A stretch of DNA of 63,650 nt, filler included, from Reticulomyxa filosa (GCA_000512085.1; 22 parts of 22 records of this genome joined end to end with filler, not necessarily neighbours in it), one strand, 5' to 3'. Positions 11,238 to 23,933 are shown, counted from the first letter of the whole stretch. Translations and numbers: made by a program. The notes: a model not told the origin generated them from the sequence alone.

Positions 11238-14200
11238 ATGCGCTCCAAAAGCGTCTCTTGTCAGCCACAAAAAAATGTCTTTAAGATAGATTGTACCTTA
11301 TTACTTTTTAAAAAATTTTTACTTTATGTTTTTGACATTTTAAGGAATTTTTGCAAACTAAATGTGTGCAACAAAAAAGCTCACGAATTCAGGTCATTAG
11401 TCCTCAAAGCCATTGACAGTCCAGAGAGACTCGAATCCATGTCTTTGAAAAAGAATGTAGACCGCTCTCTGTGGCTAATATTGGATGGCTTTCCAACAAA
11501 TGCAGATTTCAATGACGTGGGGGGGCGTGTGCGACAAATAGTGGATGATGTTTGCCAAAGAGTGAGTCAAAATATACAATCTCCGGTATTCTGGATTCCA
11601 ATTGACAATGATGAAAAAAAACAACACTACCACAAAATTCGCGGGTTTGCATTAATACAAGCACCAAACCGTGAATATGCAAGTTCGTTCGAAAAGAAAG
11701 GGAGGATTTTCTTTTTTTTTAAAAAAAGGGGGGGCGACATTAAAAACTTGGAAAAGTTCTGGCATTTCTGAATTTTCTTTGAAGGGAGAAAGAGAGTGTG
11801 TGCGTGAGAAGAGAGAAAATAAAAGAGATTCAACAAATAAACAGACAACACAAACAAAATGAACATAACAAAGACGTGTTTCGCGACAGTTACTGGGCAC
11901 ACAAAGCACTGGAAGGATACAATGTGTCGTGTTGGATGTGGAATGAAGTCCAAGAAAAAATGAAAATTAGCGACACATTCGAGAAGATAGGGAAGAATGA
12001 ATTTTTAGAAGAGAGAAATTTGTATTGGTGGTTGTTGGATAAAGACGGCAAAGAAGGGTACAGAGACCAATATGTTGCACGATTTCGTGGGCAACAATTT
12101 GAAGAGACCATTGTATATTGGCACGATGAGCGAATTAGCAAAACAGGTCGTGTTGAATCATATGATGGCAAGAGAGAGCATACAAATAGAGAGGTTTGTT
12201 TTATGTGCGTGTTTTTGACAAAATGAAAATAATAATAATAATAAAAAAGGAAATGACATCCAATCATGTTCAATGGTCGCCCAAAGGATCATATTTGGTA
12301 TCGTTTCACTTACAAGGGATACAATTGTGGGGAGGGCCGGACTGGGCCAAATTACAACGCTTTGAACATTGGTTTGTCGATCAAATCGATTGGTCGCCTG
12401 ATGAAACGAGAATGATCACATGCAATAGTGTCGAGCAAACCAACAAAGATGGTCGACGTTATTTGCCAGTTTAAAAAATAAAATAAAGGAAGATTTCCTT
12501 TTGATTTGTAAATATATTTCTCCTTGCACAATAAATAAATCGCATTCCCTCCATTCATTTGTCTTCATGTCGAAATAGACAATCTACATATGGGATCCAC
12601 TGACAGGAGAACGATTGCGAGAATTTACACATGACGCCATTGGGCCATTGTTAAAACTTCGACGCAGTGGCTGGTGGCCAATGTTCAAATGGGGAGCGAA
12701 AGACAAATATTTTGCACAAATCGCGACCTCGAAAAAAAACAAAGTGACGGCGAAAATGAAAGATATCGACCGCATAAACATCTTTGATGGAGTAGAGTTG
12801 ACACGTTTGGACAAGGCCGCACATTCGGCGCCCAACGTGTTTGACTTTGCATTTAGTCCTACTGACGACCTCCTCGCCTATTGCAGTCGAGCCCTCGGAA
12901 ATGACGCCGCCAAAGTCACAATCATCTCATTGCCAAGTAAAAAAGCAGAACGTGTTCAAACCCTGGGCTTTGACGCTGGCATCACTCATGTGTATTGGCA
13001 ATCAGAAGGAAAATACTTGGCCGTCACCATTGGGCATGTCGAAGGTAAGAGGCTACGAAAGAACAGTATCGGCATTTTGGCCGTTCATCAAGAAAATATG
13101 CCGTGGCAATTGACCGAAAGCATGATGAAGTTTTGTTTCAATTTCGATTTCTCCCAAATCAAACTCCTCGCGGTGCAATACTTGTTTTTTTGAATGATTT
13201 GAAAGGTTGACCTTTTTTGCATGGGAGCCAGATAGCAATCGATTTGGAATTTTACACAATGATCTTGACAATCCCGATGTTTCCTTTTATCAAATTAAAC
13301 AGCCTACAAATCCAGTCAAACTATGTTACATGTTTATATATTACATATGTGTATATATTTTTTTCTTTTTTTTTAAAAAAAAAAACAACAACAATAATTG
13401 GGAACATACTAAACAGTTACGCTATCAAAAAGAAAAGCAAACAATATATTCTGGGCACCAAGAGGCGGAAGATGTGTAATTACACACATTGACCGCGAAA
13501 GTAAAGGAAGAACTGAAACACAATTGGAATTTGTAGATTTGGCATTGAATGGATCTAGCACCGCCGTGGCAGTTTAAATTTTTTTTTAAAAAAAAAGAGG
13601 ATATAATTTGTGTAAACTCCGTTTTGCTAGTAATAACATTTATTATGGATACAAAAAGAGTCATGAAGGTGCAGTGGAGTTGCACTGGTGTCCATCAGGT
13701 CGTTATGTGATAACTGCAGCAACTCAACCAATTGGAACAAAAACTTCCGGAAGTGACACAGGATATACTGTGTGGTCTTGTCAAGGTGATCAGTTGTTTA
13801 AACATACAATTCATTATTTTTTCCAAATTTTGTGGCGGCCACGTCCCAAAGAAATACGATTGGAATCCAAAGAAGATGAAAAAAAATGTCAGGAAATGTT
13901 GCTCAAACAATACTATAATGTATTTGAGCAACGTGATACTGAAGTCCGTCGACAACATCAATCCAAATTTGTTCAAATCAATTTGGCGAAATGGGCTTCA
14001 TGGAATTCTTTGCAAGAACAATGGAAAAAAAAAACAAAAGAAATCTCAAAAAAAAGAACCAAAGTTTATTTTTTCTTGCTTTTTTTTTCCCTCTCTTTTT
14101 TTGTCGATCCGGTCATTAGACCTTCTTTTTTTTTTTTTGTGGTTCGTTTAGAAACGTGGCTTCTCGTCGGAAGGAGAAGAAGACGACTTTGAAGTCACTA

Positions 14201-14445
14201 CAGTGGAACAGGAAAGAACTGAAAAGTCCGAAGAAAGAGTAATCAATCATGCCATTTTGTCGAGAATATTAAATGGTGAAAAAATCACAATTGGAGATAT
14301 TGACGAAATGGAACAACAGGAAAGCTCGACCGCTGATGCGGGGAGCAATTTTGGCAATTACGCAGCGGCATTACAAAGGCGCTCGGATTCCACTTACAAT
14401 GGCTCTGGGCAAGGATACACGGGTCATAGAGCTGGATTTCGTTGA
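11238..14445 (+). CDS. EIF3B: Eukaryotic translation initiation factor 3 subunit B (eIF3b/Prt1), multi-exon; start uncertain
   Basis: N-terminal RRM (LILDGFP...RGFALIQ), WSPKGSYLVSFHLQGIQLWGG, WPMFKW, FAWEP, WCPSGRYV, FQILWRPRP. Confidence 0.92.
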
Positions 14446-14816
14446 GTTTTCAAAACAATATCGAGTTTTTTTTAATCTTGTTCTTCGCATTTTCAAATTA
14501 ATGTGAATTATTGACATAATGATGTAGATAAAATATTTTGATTAATTTGATTACTTCTTAATTCTCTTCCGTTCAATATTTTTCCTTCTGTACATATCTC
14601 AAGCATGCCTTTGCTGATGTATTTATTTAAGTTTTTTGCCTCAGAGTGGCAAATGTCGTCAGTTTTTTTTGCGTACAAGTCTGCTATCTACGGAAGTATA
14701 TACACTTCGATGCGACATTTTTAAGAAATTGACCAAAGTCGTTTAAGACGGGGTTTTAGTGTACAACGGCCCCAGCTTATTTTATTTTTTTTAGTTGTTG
14801 GACCTGGAGGTCAGAC

Positions 14817-16455
14817 ATGCATTCGCAAAATGTTCGCAGTGATACAACACAGTATCTCTTATGTTCAAGTTCGTGTTTGTGATCTTCTCATTCGTGCAAC
14901 CTTGTATTAAGCCTTTTGCTTGTTGTCACGAATTTAGGTTTTGCGATCCCACTGAGTCTCTTCGTAATGTCCACGTACCTCCGTAACAAAGTTAATACTT
15001 TTTTTTTTGTCAAGAAAAAATGTACTTTGGCACATTGAACAAGTCAAGCCAAGATAAACAAATAAAACAAAAAGAATTTTCGTCGACATCCAGCTCCCAT
15101 CATATTTGGTCGCAGTATATCGCACTTATTATTGGGCGCAGTGACATTGGTCTGGAAACTGTTGGATATTGCCTCAAACTATAATGTTCGGTTGTTTATA
15201 ATAACTATGTATTATAAGAAAATAAAGAATGGAATCGTTTACTTTGTTTGGGGGGGTTGATGAAACAAAAAGGACAACATTTGCGCGTATGTCGGAACCC
15301 TTTCGATAGTGTTTTACTACGCATCGGCATTTCATTTTATTGGAATATGCTATGACTTGCTGATATCATTTTTATACCCATTGTACCCGAGTTCAGAGAT
15401 AGTGCGAAGCGTACAAATGTATACGTGGGGACTGAGCGTGCTTGGTGGGAGCGTAGGCTACTGGACGAGCATACACGCCCACAAAAAGCACTGCGTATTC
15501 CACGACGGCAACAGGTTCATAACATGGTCGCTGACGGCGGTCTATTCTTTGGGGGTGGTCTTGGGCATATGCACTTCGATCTTCGGTTGGAGCAGAATAT
15601 CGGTGGGTTTGGCCGATACCATGGAATTGAGAAAGTTCAATTTGAAATGACAAACTGTGAAGTTTTTTTTAAAAATATTAAAAAATAAAGATATTTGGTT
15701 TTTTTTTTAAAAAAATTAAAAAAAAATGAACAAATGCATTAAAAAAAAAAAAAAAAAGACGAATAATAACAGAACACGCAATCTTTTCGTTAGGATATAG
15801 TGTAATGGGAATTGGAGGGGTTTTTTTTTGGCATATTTTTACTATGGCGCCAGTGTGGACTCGTACGAACGGCAATTTAGTGACGTTTTGGGAATGCTGT
15901 TAATTGGCAACCCACTACTCGACGCACTGATGTGGTGCTACTTCAAATACCTCCCCGAGCGACGCGTCAAAAAACAACAAAAAAAAAGCCAGAAAAAAGG
16001 ACCGGGCAAACATGGCGACTATCAGCAGTTATCCGAAGAGAAGAAGGAAGACGAAGACGAAGAAGATGAAGAAGACGAAGAAGAAGAAGAAGAAGAAAAT
16101 GATAATGATAATAAGAACAACAATAGCGACAGTCGTGTCGAAATGGGACATTTAAAAAATCGCAAAAAAATATCCAAAAAAAAATATGCTAACTACGCTT
16201 CAAAGAATTTGCCACATAATGACGCTTCTGAGTTGCTGTTGGCTGATATCAGTGAAGATCAACAGTTTCACCAAAAAAAAATTTCCTCTTTCTCTCTCCT
16301 TCTATCTCACTGAATAATAATAATAATTATTATTATCATTAAATCTCATCTTATTAGGGAGCTCATGCTTGCGTCACATATGTCGCATATGCGTCGGCTA
16401 CAAAAGGATCAAGACCAAATTGAGAAAACTATCTCTGATGCTTTGCGAAAAGAAG
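14817..16455 (+). CDS. 7TM GPCR-like protein (cAMP-receptor-like), probable GPCR-PIPK, truncated by contig end; 5' end uncertain
   Basis: Spliced TM segments: SLFVMSTYLRNK|NFRRHPAPIIFGRS, CAYVG...CYDLLISFLYP, TM7 NPLLDALMW; acidic tail, then ISDALRKE followed by a GT donor. Confidence 0.65.
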
Positions 16456-16588
16456 TTAATGGATATATATATACCTATACTTTTATATGCATATACATGC
16501 ATAATATGTATGATACACGTAATGAAAGACCTTGTGGACGGATCGTTTTTGATACCTTCTTTGCTCTTTCATTCTTCCTCTTTCCCCC

Positions 16589-16688
16589 NNNNNNNNNNNN
16601 NNNNNNNNNNNNNNNNNNNNNNNNNNNNNNNNTTAATTAATTAANNNNNNNNNNNNNNNNNNNNNNNNNNNNNNNNNNNNNNNNNNNN
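16589..16688. other. Artificial contig spacer (44 N + TTAATTAATTAA + 44 N); 21 identical copies starting at 16589, 18082, 21392, 23934, 26263, 27505, 28673, 30937, 32268, 33957, 36792, 38252, 40821, 42153, 44525, 46054, 48718, 54709, 56419, 57726, 61766
   Basis: Identical length and core each time; abrupt GC shifts across several spacers. Confidence 0.98.
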
Positions 16689-17343
16689 TTGCGTTTGGTC
16701 CTGCCTCTGGCCTTGTCTTTGGTTAAAGATTTCAATGGTTATCGTATGTAACAAGTTTGTAGCCTGAGCAAAGTAATTTGATCAATGAAATTCTCAAGAA
16801 AATCAAATTGGCGTCGTTAGTGGAAGGATTGCAAAGTGAAATGTAGGGGAAAAAAAAGAAACTGTGATTTGATTATGAAATCAAAGTAGTTTTTTTTGCG
16901 GTTGAACTACTTTTTGTGTAGTAAATGTATAATGCTAATCTTGTCTTGTGCATTAACAATTTTATTTTTTTTTTGCTTTCTCGTTTGTTTTGTTTGTTGT
17001 TTGATTTAATAATTGTGGCGTGGCATCTGAAATAAGTTGTATTTTTTCCACAATATTTCTTGCTTCTATCAAATTATATTTTCAAACCATTCTCTTCTTC
17101 ATGACAATTATAATTTTTTTAAATTGCCAACAATAATCATTTCTACCATTACGATAGAAAAAAATACTTGTTTTCAGGTTTCTAAATCTGTGTTTTGTCT
17201 AAAACAGAGAAAAGGTGTTGTTTCAACAATGACTTCAAAAGAATCATAAAATTTTTTATAAATTATTTGTAAAAAAAAAGTGGAAAGTGAAGTAACACTG
17301 CAAATTTTTTGAAAATGAGAAAAGTAGTCGAAAAAAATTATTA

Positions 17344-17950
17344 TCACCCAGTTTCAACCACTTGCTGTTTAAGACGTTGGGCATATGTTCTTCGCTTTTG
17401 TTGAAGTCGCTCAAGTGTGTTTGACAAGGTGGTGACAACAATGCTGCAAACAAGCAGCAAAAATGCTAAAGACCCCCACAAGCTGAGTATCATTACAGCA
17501 GTGACGTGTTGGATAGTTTTTTCGTGATTATAGTTAAGTGGATCAAAAACACCAATGTTCCAAAATGTCAATGTTTGAGCCAAGGCATAAGTGATGGCCA
17601 AAGCGCCAGCAATGGCAATGCCATCAATCCATAAAAAGATCCAACACTTCAAATAATGCAAGGAATGGAGTCGACATCCTCGTGACTTTGAGCACTGGCA
17701 TTGTGAGGTTGTTGTGCACGCAGACGTTTGCGTCCAATAGTTAAACGAATCCAAGCGTATTGAAAATAGTATTCACAGACGCAGCTGAAAACAACACAAG
17801 TCAAAGTGAGCACCCAATATTTGATAGCCAAGTCACTTTGACGAGAGCCAGAAGTGGTATTTACATGATTGGTATTCGAGTCATGTCTGTTAATGGTATG
17901 ACTCAGCACGGCATCCAAACAAGATAATCCCATAAACACATGCGTTGACT
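17344..17950 (-). CDS. Hypothetical multi-pass membrane protein, C-terminal part, with an apparent 1-nt frameshift near 17650
   Basis: Two overlapping hydrophobic ORFs (17649-18029, 17344-17754) that join if one T is added in a T run. Confidence 0.4.
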
Positions 17951-18181
17951 TTTGAACAAAAAAGGCAAAAATGTCCAAACTTTGTTTCCATTTTGTACGT
18001 TCACGGTTGTGAGTTCCATGTACATTCATATTCCCAATGTTATTGGCATTGCTGTCACCATCGTCATCACCGTTATCATCANNNNNNNNNNNNNNNNNNN
18101 NNNNNNNNNNNNNNNNNNNNNNNNNTTAATTAATTAANNNNNNNNNNNNNNNNNNNNNNNNNNNNNNNNNNNNNNNNNNNN

Positions 18182-18220
<39 letters not shown>

Positions 18221-18222
<2 letters not shown>

Positions 18223-19797
18223 GGATAAGAACATTTGTTTGTGGAATATTGATGATCACCAAACTAGCTTGTATTCGAGCAGTGACTTTGGCTCGACGCT
18301 GAAAGACTTGTCCCCGGTAGTGCCGACACCTGGCACTGGCGCAGCTGGCACAACGGCGGACAATGTGCTGAGCGCTGGTGATCATGGGAGCACGCCGACG
18401 ACGCTGTCCAGTTCTTCGATGAATGGAGGGACGATGTGCCCGAAGCTGAAGCCGAAAATGATACTGCGCGGACATTCGGACGAAGTGTTTGATGTGCAAT
18501 TCGATCCGTTCACTTGCTTTTGCTTTGGTAGTGTCAGCCGCGATCACACTTTGAAGCTGTGGGACATTCGCACCAGTGACACGTTTGTTTGCAATGTGGT
18601 CAATGATATCGATCGTTGCGCTCTCAACCGCATCGCGTGGTCTCAGCATTCCCAGTATTACATTTTGACGGGAAGTGCACAAGGAGGGATCACTTTGATT
18701 GATATTCGAAAGCTGTCCTCTTCTCAAGGATTGACATCACGTTTAGTTTTATTATTATTATTATTTGTTATTTCGCAAATATAAACATATAAATATATAT
18801 GTATATTTATATGTATTTATATATGTACACATATATAGACATGCCCAGAACACAGCACTCAATGTCGTCGGTGCAATGCCGTGCATTCAATCATTCCAAC
18901 CATGAAAAGGTAACCTCGTTGTCGTGGCACCCGTCTTCGGATTATAATAACTACTTCTTGTCCACTTCTTATGATGGGAGCGTGAATTTGTGGGACGTGT
19001 CTTCCAACTCCAACGAAAGCAATGGGCTGTTCTTCACTCATTTGGGGCATTTGAATGACCGCACCGGTCCTGAAAAAGTGCACTGCGCGGAATGGGTTGG
19101 CTCTGGTGTCGGTCTGCAGTCGCATTGGACCCAATCCAAACCTCACGCTTCACTCTTTCAATCCACTCATTCTTCCAAAGTGATCCCCGGACTTCGCGAA
19201 TCGTCAAACTTGTTTGACGATGGCAACAAATGCACGGTTCACAGTGACAAGCTTCGACTCAATGACGACAACAACCTCACCAAGACTCTTGACAACAATA
19301 ACAACAACAGCACAGGTGGTGGTAACAAAACTTGTGCGACAGATGACTTATTTGATACTCCAGCAATGTCGGAGCATTTGTGGAATGCTATTCACAGCAT
19401 GCGTGGAGGGAGTGTTTGTGAAGAGTCCAAACTTTCCATTCAAAGAGATTTTTTAATATGCAGTGTTTCCTCACCAAATGAATATGAGTTAACTGGTGGT
19501 ACAAACCATCTTACTTCCGATCGCTGTGGTGTCGCGGTAGACACTTTGGCCAATACTTCCACATCCAAAGATGAAGATAGTTGTGAAAAAAAAGATCATG
19601 GAGGTGGAAATGAAAGCTACAATGGCATCAAAGAAAAAAATTACAAGAGACATTCCATTGCCAATATCAATGGAAATACCAGCGTTGGTAAAGATAACAA
19701 AAACATGTGCCAAGGTGGGCTTATACAAATCTGGAGACCGACTAGACTTCTTCATATGTTTGCTGATGAAATTGTTGAAAAAATGGGCAATTGTTGA
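18221..19797 (+). CDS. WD40 histone-binding protein RBBP4/MSI family (MSI4-like), 5' partial
   Basis: LRGHSDEVFDVQF...GSVSRDHTLKLWDIR, YYILTGS...DIRKL, LFFTHLGH, terminal GGLIQIWR; intron near 18740-18838. Confidence 0.8.
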
Positions 19798-20322
19798 ATC
19801 AACAACATGTCTTACAGATCCAACTCCGAGCATGGATAAAACCACAATCACTTTTTTCTTCAGTGCAGCTGCAAGTTGTTGTGCGTCATTTCTTTTTTAA
19901 ATCTTTCAATCACGTTTTATAAAACCAGTCGAGCAAAGCAATTTTGATTCTGGACAACAAACCAATTTTTAAGCAAGATTTCTTTTAGAAAATGGACAAA
20001 TCTGTCCCACAGAAAAATATTTCCATAACAATAAAGCAAACTCTTCAAATTATATTTTTTGAAATACAAAGCAAAAAATTCAAATGATTAGAAAGAAAAA
20101 CGCAGTTATGTAGCTTAAAAACGATCAACAAGTGTTGGTTATTGATTTAATTTTGTCAAAAAAACATGCAAAAAAGCTAATTCAAAGTGCGAAATTTGGT
20201 GTGCAGAAACAAAAGAGGAAAAAATTGTCGAAAAAAACATTTTCAAATTGGATAATTTTTTACTGGGAAAAAATTAAACATATCCTTAAATAACTGAAAA
20301 AAAAGCGAAAGAAACATAAAAT

Positions 20323-21391
20323 TTACATAATCAAACAATTTTCTCTTGTTCGCTCTGGTTTAGGCAACATTTCTGGGGCTATTTCAATCCGAGCGATTTC
20401 TTCATGCTGTGGGTTATACAAACGGACTAGTTCGTCTTTCAAACCGCTCCATACATTATCATGCCACCGCAAATCTCCAGTTTTAACCTTCAAACCGGGT
20501 GTATCTCCAACAATTATCTTTATTCTTTCATCTGCAAAGACAAAGCCAATATGCGCTCTATCACTTGTCGTTAGTGCATCCACAAAGACAAAGCATGCAT
20601 GACAAAACTCGGTATCAACATACGATTCGACGGCAAATGAAATTGTTTCGAAGTATCGGTGTTAGTGAGATAAAAACCGTTCAAATTGAGCGGCTCTTCG
20701 CTTGTGTTTTGCACTTCTAAGGTGGAACTAGATAAATCCATTGCCGAAAATTGAAGAGGACATAGTTGTCCTGGTGTCTTTTGAACAAAAAAATAAAGTT
20801 TATTTTTGGGGGGGGGGGGGGAGCAAAACGAAAGAGCGAGAGAAAGATAGGCAAAAGATACATATGAATCAGTTTCATTGTGTTCATTCGTATCATTTGC
20901 ACGTTGTTTCGTTTCGCCAATCTTTGCTTCATAAAATTCGAGATGCTTGCGTTTATTTCCATTATCTTTCCCTTTATTGCCACTCTTGTTTATGTTCTCG
21001 CTCTCCACTTTGTTGTATTTCGTTTTGCTCGACTTTTTATCTTCAATATGTTGCACATTATTTCCAGCCGTTTGACGCGAATAAGCAGCGTCAGGAGTGT
21101 CAATAATGTGCTTCTTTCCATCACTAGTTTTGCGTTTTTTCAACGCAGAGCCCAAAGGATTGAAATGGTCTGTTTCTTTCTCGGCATTACTCAAAATATT
21201 TCGATACAACTGTTTTGTTATTTGGAAGTGTTTGTGTATGTGCAAGCTACTGCATGCCAAAAAAAAAAAAAAAAAAATACAGAGGCAAGCAACTCTTAAC
21301 AGCAATTTCATTGTCCAATTGAACTTTGGCAGCGGACAACTTTTGATACTCGCAATCTTTTTGCTTGATACTGTTTTGCAAGTTTGCAATC
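20323..21391 (-). CDS. Lamin-like protein C-terminus (rod end, NLS, lamin-tail domain, CaaX), 5' partial
   Basis: EYQKLSAAKVQLDNEIA|LYRNILSNAEKE rod-end motif, KKRK, LTD (LEVQNTSEEPLNLNGFYL...NVWSG...LYNPQHEEIA), ends CLIM*; three in-frame introns. Confidence 0.88.
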
Positions 21392-21491
21392 NNNNNNNNN
21401 NNNNNNNNNNNNNNNNNNNNNNNNNNNNNNNNNNNTTAATTAATTAANNNNNNNNNNNNNNNNNNNNNNNNNNNNNNNNNNNNNNNNNNNN

Positions 21492-22168
21492 ATTGGGAGC
21501 TGAAGTTATGAGTTTCGAAAGAAGTCTATTAACTATTTTTAACTGGGCTTGATTAATAAAAGTTGATAATTCATCTTCTGAATAGCCTTGTAAAGGGTCT
21601 TTAAACAGCTTAAAACTGGCTTTCCATTTACTAGATTGAGCTATTTTTTAGCAATATTTAAAAATAGGTATCTTACCTTTAGAGCAGATCATTAGATATA
21701 CTTCTCCATTCGGGGCTAAGCTGTTATAAAATCCCTTTAATACTTTTGATAAATTACTTACTTTATTAAGAGAACTAATGGCAGTTATAATATCAAAATA
21801 ATTCGAATAAGATCGATAAAACTGATTATCTTCTACATTTTCATTTATATATACTAAATTTGGGCTTTCTGAGCCATAGCTATAATTTGCGTTTTGACTA
21901 TATCAGGATCTTGAGTTATACCAATAACTTGGCCATAAGGTACGAACTGAGCTATGTTTGCAGAAAATTGACCATCATCAAATATTAAATCTAGGACTCG
22001 CTCTTTTCCAGTAAACTTATGCTTTTTAATGAAAAAAGTATTAGCCCAATCTAACCCTAAAAAGATTTGTTTATTGTAACCCTCAGTATCCCAATCCTCT
22101 GCTGCTAACAGATAAGTTGCTTTTGTTAAGAAAACCAAAGCCATTAAAAAAATTAATATTCTAAACAT
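21492..22168 (-). CDS. Bacterial class I SAM methyltransferase-like protein with signal peptide (apparent homopolymer frameshifts), 3' partial
   Basis: WDTEGY...GKERVLDLIFDDG...VPYGQVIGI; shifted frame continues FDIITAISSL...NSLAPNGEVYL; no introns. Confidence 0.65.
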
Positions 22169-22331
22169 AATATTAGCTTACAGAGTTATAATCCATATAT
22201 GGTTTTATAGTTAAATAATATAATAAACAATAAGTTAATAAAGAAATTAAGTTTTAAAAATAATTTGAATTAATTAAAAATTAACCTTTCTTGATTATTT
22301 TAGAATATGTAATAGCTCTAGAGGAATTTAT

Positions 22332-23933
22332 ATGCAGGAAGGGAATCTCGATAGGTTAAAAGCCAACAAGGAAGCAACTATATTTCATTTGAATGTAATT
22401 GCAGCTTTAGAACCTTTAAGCTTTAGTATGCAAGCCCGCAGAAGTAAATTGTTTGATTTAGTCAAAGATGCTTATAATAAGGGGGATTATTCAGCTGCTA
22501 TGGATTATCTTGAAGAAAGAAGAGATGCAGCATTAGGAATTACTTGGTATCGATCAAGCCCACATACAGATGGTTCGGTTGATTTAATAAGAGATGCAAG
22601 ATTGGCAGGTACCACACCGCCACCAATGGATAGCCAAGATTCTTATGCAATTCAATACCTTAATCATGCAAGGACAGCAATTAAGTTATTAGATCAAGAA
22701 GTTGAAAGGTTTAAGCAAGTTGAATTTGATACAGATAAAAGGCAGGAAGTTGAAAGTAGAATTAGATTTGCGAAAAATATCATCAATGAAAGAATGGGAG
22801 AAGTATTAAAAGATCTGAATTCAGAAAAACCAATAGATATCAAAGCTTTAAATACTGATCTATTAGAAATTATGAAAGCAACAGGCATAAATGACGCCCA
22901 TAAAAGAATTGCTACCGCAATAGACTTTAGTAACCTCTCTGATAGGCAATATATCATGTCAGTACAGTAACTTACCAGACTGATGCGCAGGATAAATTAA
23001 GAACGGTAATTGAATCTGATACTATGCTTTTGGGTTTGACTGATATTCAAAAGGCTCAATATTTAGCAATTCATCAAGCTAGACCTGGAATTGATATTGA
23101 TTTAAAATTTGGTTCGCCAGCTCAAAAAATTGATATGAATTGGTATAATAATCAACCTAGATATATAAGAGATTTGATCAAGGAGCATGCATTGGGGATT
23201 GCAGAAGGAAAAGTAATCCCAACTCAACTAAGGAATCATTTGATAGGGTTGAAAAATGCCTATGCTAAAGATACTTATGTGCTGGATGCAGAAGAAAAAA
23301 GTGTGGGTGCGAATTCTTTGGTTGCTTCAACATTGCATTCTGGAACCATTAGCACGCATATCAAAGGGATTGATGGTAAGGCAAAACAGGCCATTACAGA
23401 TGAAAACGCCCAACAAATAAATAGCTTTGTTGATAGTGACGATAAAAAAATGGTGATTAATGTCTTAAATTCACCGGTAAATCCTACAGGGATTGATGGT
23501 GATATAGGTAAACAGGTCGAGGGAGTAGAAAAATCAGGGTTGAAGGCTAGGTTTGCAAATGCGATTACGCCTTTAAATATGTTTCGTTTATTAAAAAGAT
23601 ATGAAAATACTGGATTTAGCGAACCGTTGGCTAGAGTAGGAGATTTCATGCAGAATAATTTTGAGCTGAAGAATTTGGCCAAATTTTTACAAACAGGAAA
23701 AAATCAGACGGAAACTAGAAAAGATTTAGAAGAATTAGCCAAGTTGAATCCTGATTTAGCTAAAGTATTTATACATGCATACAATGCCAAGGCTTTAATG
23801 GTAAACTATCGTGGTTTTGACAGAAATAATAGCAATGTAGCTTTGGTAGCAGAGATGAAACTATTAGCTACTGAATTGAAACATAATCAAACTCTAAATC
23901 AAATTTTAAATTTAGATCCACTGCAAATGTCTA
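22332..23933 (+). CDS. Large bacterial hypothetical protein (endosymbiont-like), apparent frameshift near 22965, 3' partial
   Basis: AGAGGA RBS before the ATG; intronless 212-aa and about 300-aa ORFs, with the second frame open back towards the end of the first. Confidence 0.6.

Noticed and set aside
14880-14882. In-frame TGA upstream of the GPCR TM1 as selenocysteine or readthrough
   Set aside because: The 5' gene structure is unresolved. A different start, an intron or a base error is simpler, and no SECIS can be assessed.
16589-16688. Recurring TTAATTAATTAA between N runs as a CRISPR-like or biological repeat
   Set aside because: It is an identical 100-bp artificial linker with stops in all frames. 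ORFs ending in X...LIN are artefacts of it.
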